This document shows, piece by piece, positions 51,782 to 62,422 of a DNA stretch of 64,000 nt. The DNA is from Adineta vaga (taxonomy: Eukaryota; Animalia; Rotifera). Position numbers and translations under genes: made by a program. The stretch lies in assembly GCA_021613535.1 (NCBI GenBank), contig CP075492.1, forward strand, positions 5,146,001 to 5,210,000. The letters run 5' to 3'. Each line of letters begins with the position of its first letter. Position 1 is the stretch's first letter. The notes under the pieces are model-generated. The model searched no databases. It worked only from the letters and a program-made list of their open reading frames with translations, and was not told where the DNA came from.

Positions 51782-54700
51782 TTAGTATTCACGATTTGTT
51801 CGTGGAATGATATTTAAACTGTAATCTCTTATTTCGGCATAATTGGTATGACCACACTTAGTCTCATATTCACTACTGGGCTTGACAATGATGCGCATAT
51901 GATGTACTTCATTGCCTCGATAATGAGCATTTCCACTGGGTGGTGTATGAATTTCATAATCATAAAGGCCCGATGGAATTGAGCTACGTAATGGCCAACG
52001 ATTTGGAGTAACGGATTCATTTTCTTGATATGTGTTGTCATTGTTTTGATCAATTAAAATGTTGACATCTTGCATCAAGTTGCAGTCACTTCGCAATGGT
52101 CCTCTGCTAGATATCATTTCACAGTCTAGCTGGATACGAATACGATAATTTGTATTTTCCAAGAGAGTAACTGCCATATGATGGCGATTCTGATATTTGC
52201 TTATGATAGTATTGTTCGGAGTATTATCGCGAATTTCAGTTCCTTGTTCTCCAGCCATGATGACCAGTACAACTCGACCATGACTCTGAGTACATACGCG
52301 ATCACTTAATTGCAAGTAAGGACCACCGAGTTCACCTACGATAGAGAATCATTAGCAAATATATTAACTCTTATCTAAACGCATAATTACTTGATTGCAC
52401 AGTATGTGAAACAACAGTGACTGTATAGTAACGTGCTCTTCGTAATCATTTATATTGCATTTTTTACGATAGCCCTCGTTTAATGTGACAACCAGTTTCA
52501 TACTATGAGGGCCACTTTTGATCTTCCTACCATCTATTACCGGCACCACAATTTGTAAGTCGTATACCCCTTGGGGTAAATAACTTGTTAGTGGCCATCT
52601 ATAAGACGTCGCACTTTCCGATTCATCATAGCGACCATTATCATCAAGGTCTATCCAAGCACTGACCTCATGAGGTAGATGACAATTGTTTTCTACTGAA
52701 TTTCGTTGATGGCCAATTCATTCAAATTGCAAACGTAATAAATAGGTAATATCCTCACGTAACATAATGGACAAATGTTGTTGATTTTCCGCGCTTGTAC
52801 CTAATAATGCATTAGTTGTTGGATCGTCGCGTATTTGTGTGCGATGTTCCCCGCCCATAACTACAAGTATAATTTTGCCGACTTGTGGCGTACATGTGAT
52901 GTTATCATATGCCGCGTATGTTGCTTCAAGATTGTTTGGTGCTAGAATAGATATGAACAATGTATTAAGACATAATGCAAAGTTAAAAAAAATAAGAATA
53001 CGAATAAAAGTATGAATAAAGTCAATAGTTTCACTCAAATTCACTTATTTTCTTATATTCAAGTTTTCGTTAAATACGTATGTGAATATAAAGCGATAAG
53101 AGAAAGAATAACAAAAGTGGGAAAATATTACAATTCTTATCTTTTTAAAGCCGAATACCCTCAAGATATAAAACAAAAACAAATACGTACGTATAAAACT
53201 TGTCTTCGAAATGATGTTCACATAATAATTTCGTTCTTCCGTATAATCACTCTTGCCGCATATACGTCGATAATGGTCGCTTGGCGCAACTACAATGCGC
53301 ATACGATGTTGACGAGATGTGACATAGCGATCATCCAAATACGGTATATGCACTTGGAGATCATAAATGCCGTCGGGCAGGTAGCTAGTAACCGGCCATC
53401 GGTGCGGCGCACCGATTTCAGCCGAATCATAGCGTCCATCATCGTTTAAGTCTAGGAAGACGTTGACATCTTGTGCCAAGTTACACCCTGTTTCAGTTAA
53501 TTCCGTCTTCAGCTGAGACGGACAATCTAACTGTATACGTAATAGATAGATTGTATGTTCGTAAAGAGTCACAGCTAAATGGTGTTGGTTTCGATGATCG
53601 TTTGTCAAAGTATTTCTAGCTAGATCATCTCTAATTTCGGTGCCCTTTTCACCGGCCATCAAAACCAGATTCACCTTTCTGAATTCGACCGAGCACAGTG
53701 GGTTTCTGTAGATATAAGGAATTGTCACTGGAGCTACTACAATGAAAAGTGAGAATCATTTTTTCCCTTCTTAAATTTGTACTATAAAGATATACTTACC
53801 GATGTGTCTAGCTTTTCGAACGATGTTCACCGAATAGTCCCTCTGTTCCTTGTAATCCATGGCACCACATTGAGTTTGGTATTCATGACTGGGTGATAAA
53901 GTAATTATCATTTTATGTTGACCCACTCTTGTATTTATATCATCTATTATGGGTATATAGACGTCTAATTCATATGTACCAGTGGATGTGCCATCAGTTG
54001 GCCAAGATCGACGTAGAAGTCGACCTTTTCCATCATCGTAACCATTGTCGTTGTAATCAATCCATACATGTACACTTAACGAGTTACTGCAAGGGCTATC
54101 GGATAAATGTTCACCCAAATGTCCAACACAGTCTAACTGAACATTTAGTTTATGACTAGAGTCTTCGAATACCGTCAAGATGAAAGCTCGTCGATAATGA
54201 CCATTATCATTATACGTTCGAATGTCATCTTGAACATCTGATCCATGATCACCGTTCGTTTGAACGAGACCAATTCTATTCAAACACAGAGCACAATGCC
54301 CTTTTTTTGATGTCATATATGGATCATTTTGATATGTCGAATCTAAAATGGATATGAAATATCAATTTTCATATTTATAACAAGATTCGACTTCGTTTTA
54401 ATTAGATATACTCACAATGTCGTGTTCTTTCCGGTACAGGCGCCCATGCTGGTGCTTCTACTGGTGTCTCTATTGGTACTTCGACTAGTACTTCGGCTGA
54501 TACTTCGACTGGTACTGTTGTTGTAGTAGTTCGTCTTCGTCTTGGTCGTTGTGTTGGTGCAGATGAGACGATAGGTTCTTCTCGGTAATCTGAATAAATG
54601 AGACGTATTTCAGTAAATTTAAGATTCACAATCTTACCATCAATACTTTCAACATTACATAATTTGATATTAATATCATTCGAATCATCGTCATTTAGTT

Positions 54701-55472
54701 GAACTGGAAGGGCAAAAGTAGACAAACGGTGAAACATCGTACGTAACTGTTTTGAAATGCGACTCTTGCAAGTCGTATCTTCTCGAGAGGTACATTGTCG
54801 TGCATATGCAGGAATAATACTTAGCTCAAGTGCATTTCCAGAGAGAGCATCTTCACAACTGGTTCTAAATTAAAAAAGTGAAAAGTTATTTACGCAATAA
54901 ATTTCGTAATACGATACCCTTTCGATTCATATTCGTTACGAAATGAACCACTAATGACACGAATTGATTTTCCATTGAATTTACTCGTTAACTAGAAGAG
55001 AAGAAAAAACAAAATAACATGAGTAAATCATATATAAGATATCAAACTTCGTCCGTAATAGCATTAAGATTTTTTATATTGAAGGGTTGATTATCATCGT
55101 TTAACGTAAGATCTGTCGTGAATATTATTTTGAATAGCATCTCTTCCATATCTAGATTTTAATTTTCCACATTGTTAATTTCAAAAATATATGCATATGA
55201 ACACTCTTTTTTTTCCGTAGGACTGCTTGATTTCTGTACATTGGGTGCCAAATGAAAAATTGCAAAGGCAGCCGCTAGAGAGATAAAAGCTAGCAGAAAA
55301 CAACCTGCGCTCGCACGTATCCATGTTAATTTCCACACACTTCAAATTATAAGAATAAATAAACGATTGAAGATCTGTATTTCGTCTTTACTTACCGACG
55401 TCCATTTCGCTTGCGCATGTTCACGCTTTGATACTCATCATCGACCATTGCGTCTAGTTCCATTTGATCCAT
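51782..55472 (-). CDS. Type II membrane protein with four tandem GEVED-like domains (third exon disrupted)
   Basis: ATG 55472, TM (GCFLLAFISLAAAFAIF), Thr/Pro stalk, and four ~180-aa repeats with (W/F/L)xDxNxDG, GxY(D/E)L, H.MRI and E.RDY.VNI motifs. Exons 54342-53800, 53736-53191, 52941-52391, 52335-51782. Confidence 0.75.
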
Positions 55473-56924
55473 CTGAACTAAACTATTCTAGTCTATAATG
55501 ATACACAGACAATAATTCAACTAATTCCGATAGTCACAGGTCTAAACATGATGCACAAGAAGAAAAAAAAATCCTTCATAGATAGCTACTACAATATGAA
55601 TGCAATCAAACTAAACACGATGGTTCTTCCACATTATAGATGATCTCATAGTACAAAAGAAATGACATAGCAGACTTTACAAATGAAGCACTTATATACG
55701 AAATTGAAGGTCAAGTAAAAAATAAAGTACTAAAAGTGGTTTCTTTTTTCAAAACATAATTGAATACACAATCTTAAGTGTCTTGTATGTGCTCAAGTTT
55801 CTATTTGCAAGGTTTTTTCCCTTTTCAATAAGGAGAACAATGTTATCTATTAAAGCTATCTATCGCAATACTCAACCCAATTGAACGAATTGCATTGCGT
55901 TTTGAAAATATCCAGAGGGTTTTTCTTTTTGATAACGTATGCATCGCAAAGCGTTTCTACACAACAATTTTCCCATGTGAAATTGTTCTTCTCATAAACG
56001 CGTTTGAGAGTTACATGGGAAGATATGCTTGTGTTGATATAATGAATTCTTTTCTTTAGAGATTTTCTCTCTTCCCCGAAGACTTTCGGCAATATGCCTT
56101 ATGAACATTCATCAATTGGAAAAAGTCTTATGGAAGAACAGCGGGTAAGGCTTTTTACAGTATCTTTATAAAGATGGGTGTTCTGAGGTGGGCAAAGTTT
56201 TGCCACTTGTGTGTCAAGATTCTAGTTAGTTTTGAGTTTAATTGCTGATTCAAATAAACTCTAATAACAATACATTGTTAAATAATAACACTATCATCTT
56301 TGCCAAGTTCACTAGTTTATTATACGCTTTATTTTCCTCTATTATAATATTTGTTCCTACATATTCTTCAAAATGCATGGCAGAGATATACATCGCGATT
56401 GAGAATGTACCGCTGTTGCACCGCGACGGTAATCAAGAAAAAGCTACCACTGCCGCGCCGCCATGGACATCTCTGATGAATGGTCAACACGCAAACGCAC
56501 AAAATTCCTTCTAGAAAAAAATATTGTAAAGTACATGGGTAATAAACGACCAGTTATTCGTAATCGTTAAGTTTGATGTTTGCACACCTGTCTAGCATCT
56601 GGAAGAAAAAAAAGCCTTTCTGATTCGATTCTCATTTTTATCTACATGATCATATTAATATTCTTTGATGATAAGGGTTAAACTGATGGTCGCTTATCTT
56701 CAAAAGCAGGTTTTGTAAACTATCGGTGATTCGGAGAGAGAAAGGGTGAATGTAGGTGAACTATACGAGAATGGATGCAATACGCTTACTCGCTCAGTGA
56801 TCTTTGATACGCGTATTTGCGTTTTACTTTATTTTTTTACAGGAAAATCAATACTAAATGGTAAAAATGAATAAAATTTTACCGAACTCATGCGCATAAT
56901 TGTAAGATTTTAAATCTATATTAC

Positions 56925-57680
56925 AAACTAGCGGAGATACCCGCTGCAAAGAAGACACAATTTACGTTTTTCATCTACAACAGTGCTTTCCTCATCACCC
57001 ACCGGACCTCTCTGTTGATATTAACCCGTCGTCTATCAAAAAAATCGATTTACTGCCCAAACGTCGAAAAACAAAATGTCGAACGAAAAAGGTGTGGGTG
57101 TGGGTGTGAGTGAGGTTGAAGAGAAGAGTATTACCGTCAACCACACCCACCCACACCCTCAGCACTAAAGCCTCTTTTATCAAAGTCATTCTCGGTTTGT
57201 TAATTGGTGAAAAATCTAGGAATTCATTTAAAACATAATTTCTTTGAATTTGAAGGCCTCAGATGAACATAATCCAGGTATCAACACTATGGTATTGATA
57301 ACAGATTCAGAACCTTGTACTTTTTCAAGTGTACGGAAAAAATGAGCGCATAAATAGAATCAATCGATGTATCCGTCCATCGGTTCGTTTACACGATAAC
57401 TCCCGAAAGGCTAATCCGATTATGATGAAATTTGCTAGAGTATTGTCACATCAACATCTCGCTCGAGTTCAAAGATGAGCCTGATTGAACAAGCCATTGA
57501 TGAGTTTCGAAGTTTCCGCATTTATTTCAATGATTTTCTACCAAAAAGTACCTTTCGATATTTACTTTTCGGCCTTTCACCTTGTCGACGTTTTTCACTA
57601 CAGACTTTCTTCTAACTCACTTATTTTGCTTCGACATCAGCTTTTCGACATTTTATTTCGATATATTGTCTTTGGAAAAT
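56925..57680. mobile_element. Cluster of non-autonomous transposon fragments (foldback-like GTCGAA/TTCGAC arrays, HINE-like core, TGTGGG tracts)
   Basis: Left arrays aatgtcgaa (57060-57090) and right arrays ttcgac (57550-57670). Segment gtccatc..acacgataactc..ccgatt..atgaaattt at 57370-57435. Confidence 0.45.
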
Positions 57681-57899
57681 GGATTTTGAGTAATTGTCAA
57701 AAATCGAAAGTGGTTTGATGTCTTTCAATAACTTTCTATCCATCAGCACGAAACCTAACGTTTCTGGAGAAGTCCAGGCATTGTCGGCATTTTCTTTGTG
57801 ATGTCGATTGATCCTAGTCTGTAGGAAGAAATGCTTTTCTCCATGCTTACCGTTTTTCGCGTGCGTACAATTATAAAATAGAAAGAAAACAAGAATTTA

Positions 57900-58420
57900 T
57901 AATAAGTGAAACTTCAGCTGACAAATGATGTTGATGATAAAGAATTCAGAAAACTTACAGAACGAATTTGCATAGAAGATAAGTGTGATACAGCATGAGA
58001 GCGACTGGGTACTTTATTACTGCAAATAGATCATTTTAATCAAACTGAAGAAGTTTTCAGCACGGTTCTCGAGCAATCAACTTGGAAGCGTTAAATGTAA
58101 GAAAGGTGATAATGGACAAGCAATCAAGTATTTCAAAGAAGAACTTAAAATATTTGAAAAATTCTTCCTTCTAATCATGTTTCTTTGGCTACTCCCCGCA
58201 ATAGCATTGGTTTCGTGTATAAAAACGTAGGAGAGTATTTGAGATCACTGTCATATTTTGAAAAAGCACCTGAAATTCGAGAAGAAATTCTTCTGTCTAA
58301 TCATTCTGATGTGACTATTTCCCAAAGGAACATGGCACTTGTTCATCATAATATGAAACGTTATTCAAAACATATGAATTATTCATATCAATCGAATTGT
58401 CGCATTAACATAATCTAAGC
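57900..58420 (+). pseudogene. TPR-region fragment of ART-TPR family
   Basis: VKLQLTND...RKLTERI...RLGTLLLQIDHFNQTEE and NSIGFVYKNVGEY. Similar to the 5630-5750 remnant. Stops and frameshifts. Confidence 0.65.
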
Positions 58421-58831
58421 TATTCTAGAGATACATCATTCTATATAAATAAAACTATTGCATTGTAATCACACGTACTGAAATTACAAAATACATCAGC
58501 CTTGATTATATGACAATGCAACAGGTATTTCTTTTTAAAGTTTTTTTTGTTTAATCCATATTTATCAACGAATATTTCACACTTGTATCAATATGTTCGT
58601 TTGTCTATCCTTAAGAAATTGAAATATCAAGTAAATCACATGATAACTCATAACTACACCATATAAAATATGTATAAGGAAAAAAAACCACGTCAAAGAA
58701 CGAAAGAAAATAAGATATGATAAGTCCTTCTGCATATCACCTTGTACATATTTTTCAGTTATAATATAAAGGGAAGGACACGATTTGTTTTCAAAATTAT
58801 GTACAATATTAACGAAAGACAAGAAATCACT

Positions 58832-60547
58832 ATGTTTGAATCGTTACCAAATGAAATTTTTATTGAATCTTTTGAATATCTCAATTCTATTGATATTTTA
58901 AATGCATTCTATGGACTAAATAATCGTTTCAACCTGCTAATTCGAAATCGTCCATTACATTTAAATTTTCAACATCTACAACAATCGAAATTTCAACATT
59001 TATGTACAAAGATATCATCCGATAAAGATCTTCAAACACAAATTTATTCATTACACTTATCAAATGAAAATGCATCTTGGCAAATTCAACCATTTCTTTC
59101 GTGTTTTTCACTTCATCAATGTATCTATCTTCAATCATTACGATTAAATGAAGTTAGAGAACAAAATATTGAGTTAATCAAATCAATATTACCATTACTA
59201 TCACAAATATCTTGTTTTCAACTAACTGTAGTTGAAGATATCACAAATGATATTCTATCTTTATTACCAATGACTAAAATGAAAACATTATCTATATCAA
59301 CTGTTCCAAACAATCGAGCAGTTCTTGATAAACTTTCTTCTATTACAAATTTAACAATTTCTTCCTGTAGAATAAGTCAAATAATCTCTATAATGAAATA
59401 CATACCTCATCTATATTATTTAAAGCTGGGAATATCTGATAATAGATGGGAAAACACTAGATACAATAGTTCTTCGAATCTTGCTCCACATCTTAAACAA
59501 TTGAATATCACATCATTTGATGGTTATGTTCATGCACTTATTTTTTTGTTCAAACACATACCAAACTTAACAAATTTAACGATATTTATGAAGTATATCA
59601 ATTCTGCAGTTGATGCTAAAACATGGGAAAACGTAATAAATACGTTCTTACCTCATTTAAACATTTTTAAATTCAAATTCGCTTGTTATGGCATCTTTCC
59701 TAAAGATGTTAACAACTTATTGGAACAATTTCAAAATGAATTTTGGCTAAAAAAACATCACTGGCGTATTGGATATTTTACATCGTTTGGTTATTCAATG
59801 GTGTATACATTACCATATATTTCACATACATTTACCATAGTTTCACGTATTGAAAGTTTTCATCCTGGATTCATAAATTCTGATAATGAATTTAATCATG
59901 TAACTCATCTGAGTATTAGACATGCAGCATTAACAGAGAAGCATTCGTATTGTTTTCCTCATGTCACATCGATTGATTTACAGAATCATCGTGATGACAC
60001 TCCATTGTTAGGAATCGAACAAATTGAATCTTTAAAAATGATAATTAACTTATCGAAACTGACAGAATTGATCATTTATAATGCTTCTGAAAGAATACCG
60101 CCGGCAATACTGTTCCAAATATTACTAGAAGCACCACATATCACATCATTGACCATTGATCAAGATTATTTATTACAATTATTTTGTGATGATGAATTAT
60201 GTATGTATTTGAATAAAATGATCAAAAAATTAGAATTAAAACACAAATCAGACAAATCATTTGATAATTATGATCTATTACAGAAGCTTTGTGATACATT
60301 TTCAAATATCAATCAACTTCGATGTATTATTGCAGATGAAAATTTTCTATTATCGATCATACAACATTTACCTCAATTAGTCTTGGTAAATCTCCCAGTA
60401 TCAAACAAATATAGCATCTACCATGATTCAAGACTTCATCAATTTGATTTCTCGCGCCTCGAAGATGAACTTCGAAAACTAAGAGAAACAATTATTGTTA
60501 ATTCTTCTGATATCATGAAAATCTATCTCTTTCGTTATGATGACTAA
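58832..60547 (+). CDS. F-box + LRR-like protein, intronless
   Basis: FESLPNEIFIESFEYL..IDILNAFYGLNNRFN, LPHLNIFKF, VYTLPY. Confidence 0.82.
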   Translation: MFESLPNEIFIESFEYLNSIDILNAFYGLNNRFNLLIRNRPLHLNFQHLQQSKFQHLCTKISSDKDLQTQIYSLHLSNENASWQIQPFLSCFSLHQCIYLQSLRLNEVREQNIELIKSILPLLSQISCFQLTVVEDITNDILSLLPMTKMKTLSISTVPNNRAVLDKLSSITNLTISSCRISQIISIMKYIPHLYYLKLGISDNRWENTRYNSSSNLAPHLKQLNITSFDGYVHALIFLFKHIPNLTNLTIFMKYINSAVDAKTWENVINTFLPHLNIFKFKFACYGIFPKDVNNLLEQFQNEFWLKKHHWRIGYFTSFGYSMVYTLPYISHTFTIVSRIESFHPGFINSDNEFNHVTHLSIRHAALTEKHSYCFPHVTSIDLQNHRDDTPLLGIEQIESLKMIINLSKLTELIIYNASERIPPAILFQILLEAPHITSLTIDQDYLLQLFCDDELCMYLNKMIKKLELKHKSDKSFDNYDLLQKLCDTFSNINQLRCIIADENFLLSIIQHLPQLVLVNLPVSNKYSIYHDSRLHQFDFSRLEDELRKLRETIIVNSSDIMKIYLFRYDD

Positions 60548-60728
60548 AGATATTTTCTTACATACAGACGAAATAGACTAAACGAATGAAAAAGAAAGTT
60601 AAGAAAAATATGATTGGCGACTATAATCACAATAACATTAGTCATGCATGTTTTTCTCTTTATTTTCAGATATCTAACCTTTGTATAAATTGAGTTGGTT
60701 TTTCTGTCAGTATTCAAATAATCAGACG

Positions 60729-62279
60729 ATGTCATTGTCAAATCATATTTCGAATGCAAATGATAAAGCAACGCTGAGTTGTTTAGCTCGTTATGTTGAC
60801 ACGAACGATGATGTTCCTAAATTATTTATGCCCGAACAACCACTGACTGAACAAGTTGCATCTTCAATTATTCGCAGTGAATTAAGACTCGATGGTAATC
60901 CTGATTTAAACTTAGCGTCATTTGTTACGACAGAAGTAGATGATGCATGTCTTGATTTGATGGTGAAGAATTTAAACAAAAATTTAGTCGATACAAGTCA
61001 ATATGCACATAGTAATGAAATTCAAGATCGATGTATTAATATTTTAGCAAATTTATTTCATGCACCTACAAATGAACAAGATCGTGCTATTGGTACTTCC
61101 ACTGTGGGTTCAAGTGAAGCAATTATGTTAGGTGGTTTAGCTCTTAAATGGCGTTGGCGAGCTAAGCAAGCTGTTAAACAAGGGAAAAAAATAGAAGAAA
61201 TAACGAATCGATGTAATCTGATATTTAGTGCTGCTGTTCATGTTTCCGTTTTGAAATTATGTCGATACTTTGACATCGATGCTCGTATCATACCATTAGA
61301 AGATAATTGTTATACACTCAACATTGATCAAGTTATCGCAAAATGTGATGAAAATACATGTGGTGTACTCGCTATTCTTGGTACAACATTGACGGGTGAA
61401 TTTGAAGATATTAAACAATTGAATATTGCTTTGTTGAAATTAAAGAATGAGAAAGGATTAGATATTCCTATCCATGTAGATGGTGCTTCTGGTGCTATGA
61501 TTGCTCCATTTATTTTTCCTGATATTGAATGGGATTTTCGATTAGAACAAGTGCGATCGATCAATACGAGTGGTCACAAATATGGATTAGTATTACCAGG
61601 CCTAGGTTGGATTATTTGGCGTAGTAAAGAAGATCTTCCTGATGATATAATTTTTCATGTAAATTATTTGGGTGTGGATGAACCAACATTTAATCTGAAT
61701 TTTTCACGTTCTGCTGCGAATATTATCGGACAATATTATCAATTTCTTCGATTAGGTATGGAAGGTTATCGAAGAATTATGCAATTATCAATAAATAATG
61801 CAAAATATCTGGCAGATAGTTTAACATCAATGTGCGAAGGATTATTTATTATTCGTAGTCGAAATGATAAACCTTCCTTACCTATGGTGGCATTTTCATT
61901 GAATCCTGACAAAAAACTTCAATTCAACGAAACAATTATTGTTCGATGTCTAAAAGAATGCGGTTGGATTTTACCTGCTTATACACTCGCTGCCAATGCC
62001 AATCATATTACAGTCTGTCGAATTGTCGTACGAGAGACGTTTACGCGTAATATTGCTTCGATTCTTCTCGAAGATATCCGACTTGTACTACTTCGCTTAG
62101 CTAATGAATATGGACATCAAGACTTAATTGATTCATTGCAAAAAGCACGTGATGATAAACATCAACATCGACGATCGAAACAACATCGGGAACAAGTAGC
62201 ATTAAGTGCTGATACAAATAAAATGCAAGATAATAATCAAAAGAAGAAGGAATATCCTACTGTGCACATTCTCTGTTAG
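60729..62279 (+). CDS. gad: Glutamate decarboxylase, bacterial/plant/fungal (GadA/B) type, intronless
   Basis: DGNPDLNLASFVTT, TVGSSEAIML, HVDGASG, PLP-lysine motif SGHKYGLV, LNFSR, YYQFLRLG. Confidence 0.92.
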   Translation: MSLSNHISNANDKATLSCLARYVDTNDDVPKLFMPEQPLTEQVASSIIRSELRLDGNPDLNLASFVTTEVDDACLDLMVKNLNKNLVDTSQYAHSNEIQDRCINILANLFHAPTNEQDRAIGTSTVGSSEAIMLGGLALKWRWRAKQAVKQGKKIEEITNRCNLIFSAAVHVSVLKLCRYFDIDARIIPLEDNCYTLNIDQVIAKCDENTCGVLAILGTTLTGEFEDIKQLNIALLKLKNEKGLDIPIHVDGASGAMIAPFIFPDIEWDFRLEQVRSINTSGHKYGLVLPGLGWIIWRSKEDLPDDIIFHVNYLGVDEPTFNLNFSRSAANIIGQYYQFLRLGMEGYRRIMQLSINNAKYLADSLTSMCEGLFIIRSRNDKPSLPMVAFSLNPDKKLQFNETIIVRCLKECGWILPAYTLAANANHITVCRIVVRETFTRNIASILLEDIRLVLLRLANEYGHQDLIDSLQKARDDKHQHRRSKQHREQVALSADTNKMQDNNQKKKEYPTVHILC

Positions 62280-62422
62280 AACTTATTATTATTTTATTCA
62301 GTTGTAGTCATCAATTATGTATTATTCTGAAAAAAAAAATAAAAATAAAATTTCTTTCGATCTGTAGTCATAAATGTGTTAAATCTAATCGATTGAAGAT
62401 GTACGATGATGTTGATGATTAT

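Noticed and set aside
52718-52720. Selenocysteine at a TGA aligned to a conserved Cys
   Set aside because: The same exon has a 1-nt deletion and I could not identify a SECIS, so a nonsense mutation is simpler. Kept only as an alternative.
55856-56514. Short ORFs possibly from a transposase
   Set aside because: No DDE or other catalytic motif visible.
45400-62279. 5-oxoproline to glutamate to GABA pathway cluster (hydantoinase/oxoprolinase + GAD)
   Set aside because: The enzyme lacks the oxoprolinase B domain and the genes are 12 kb apart with unrelated genes between them.
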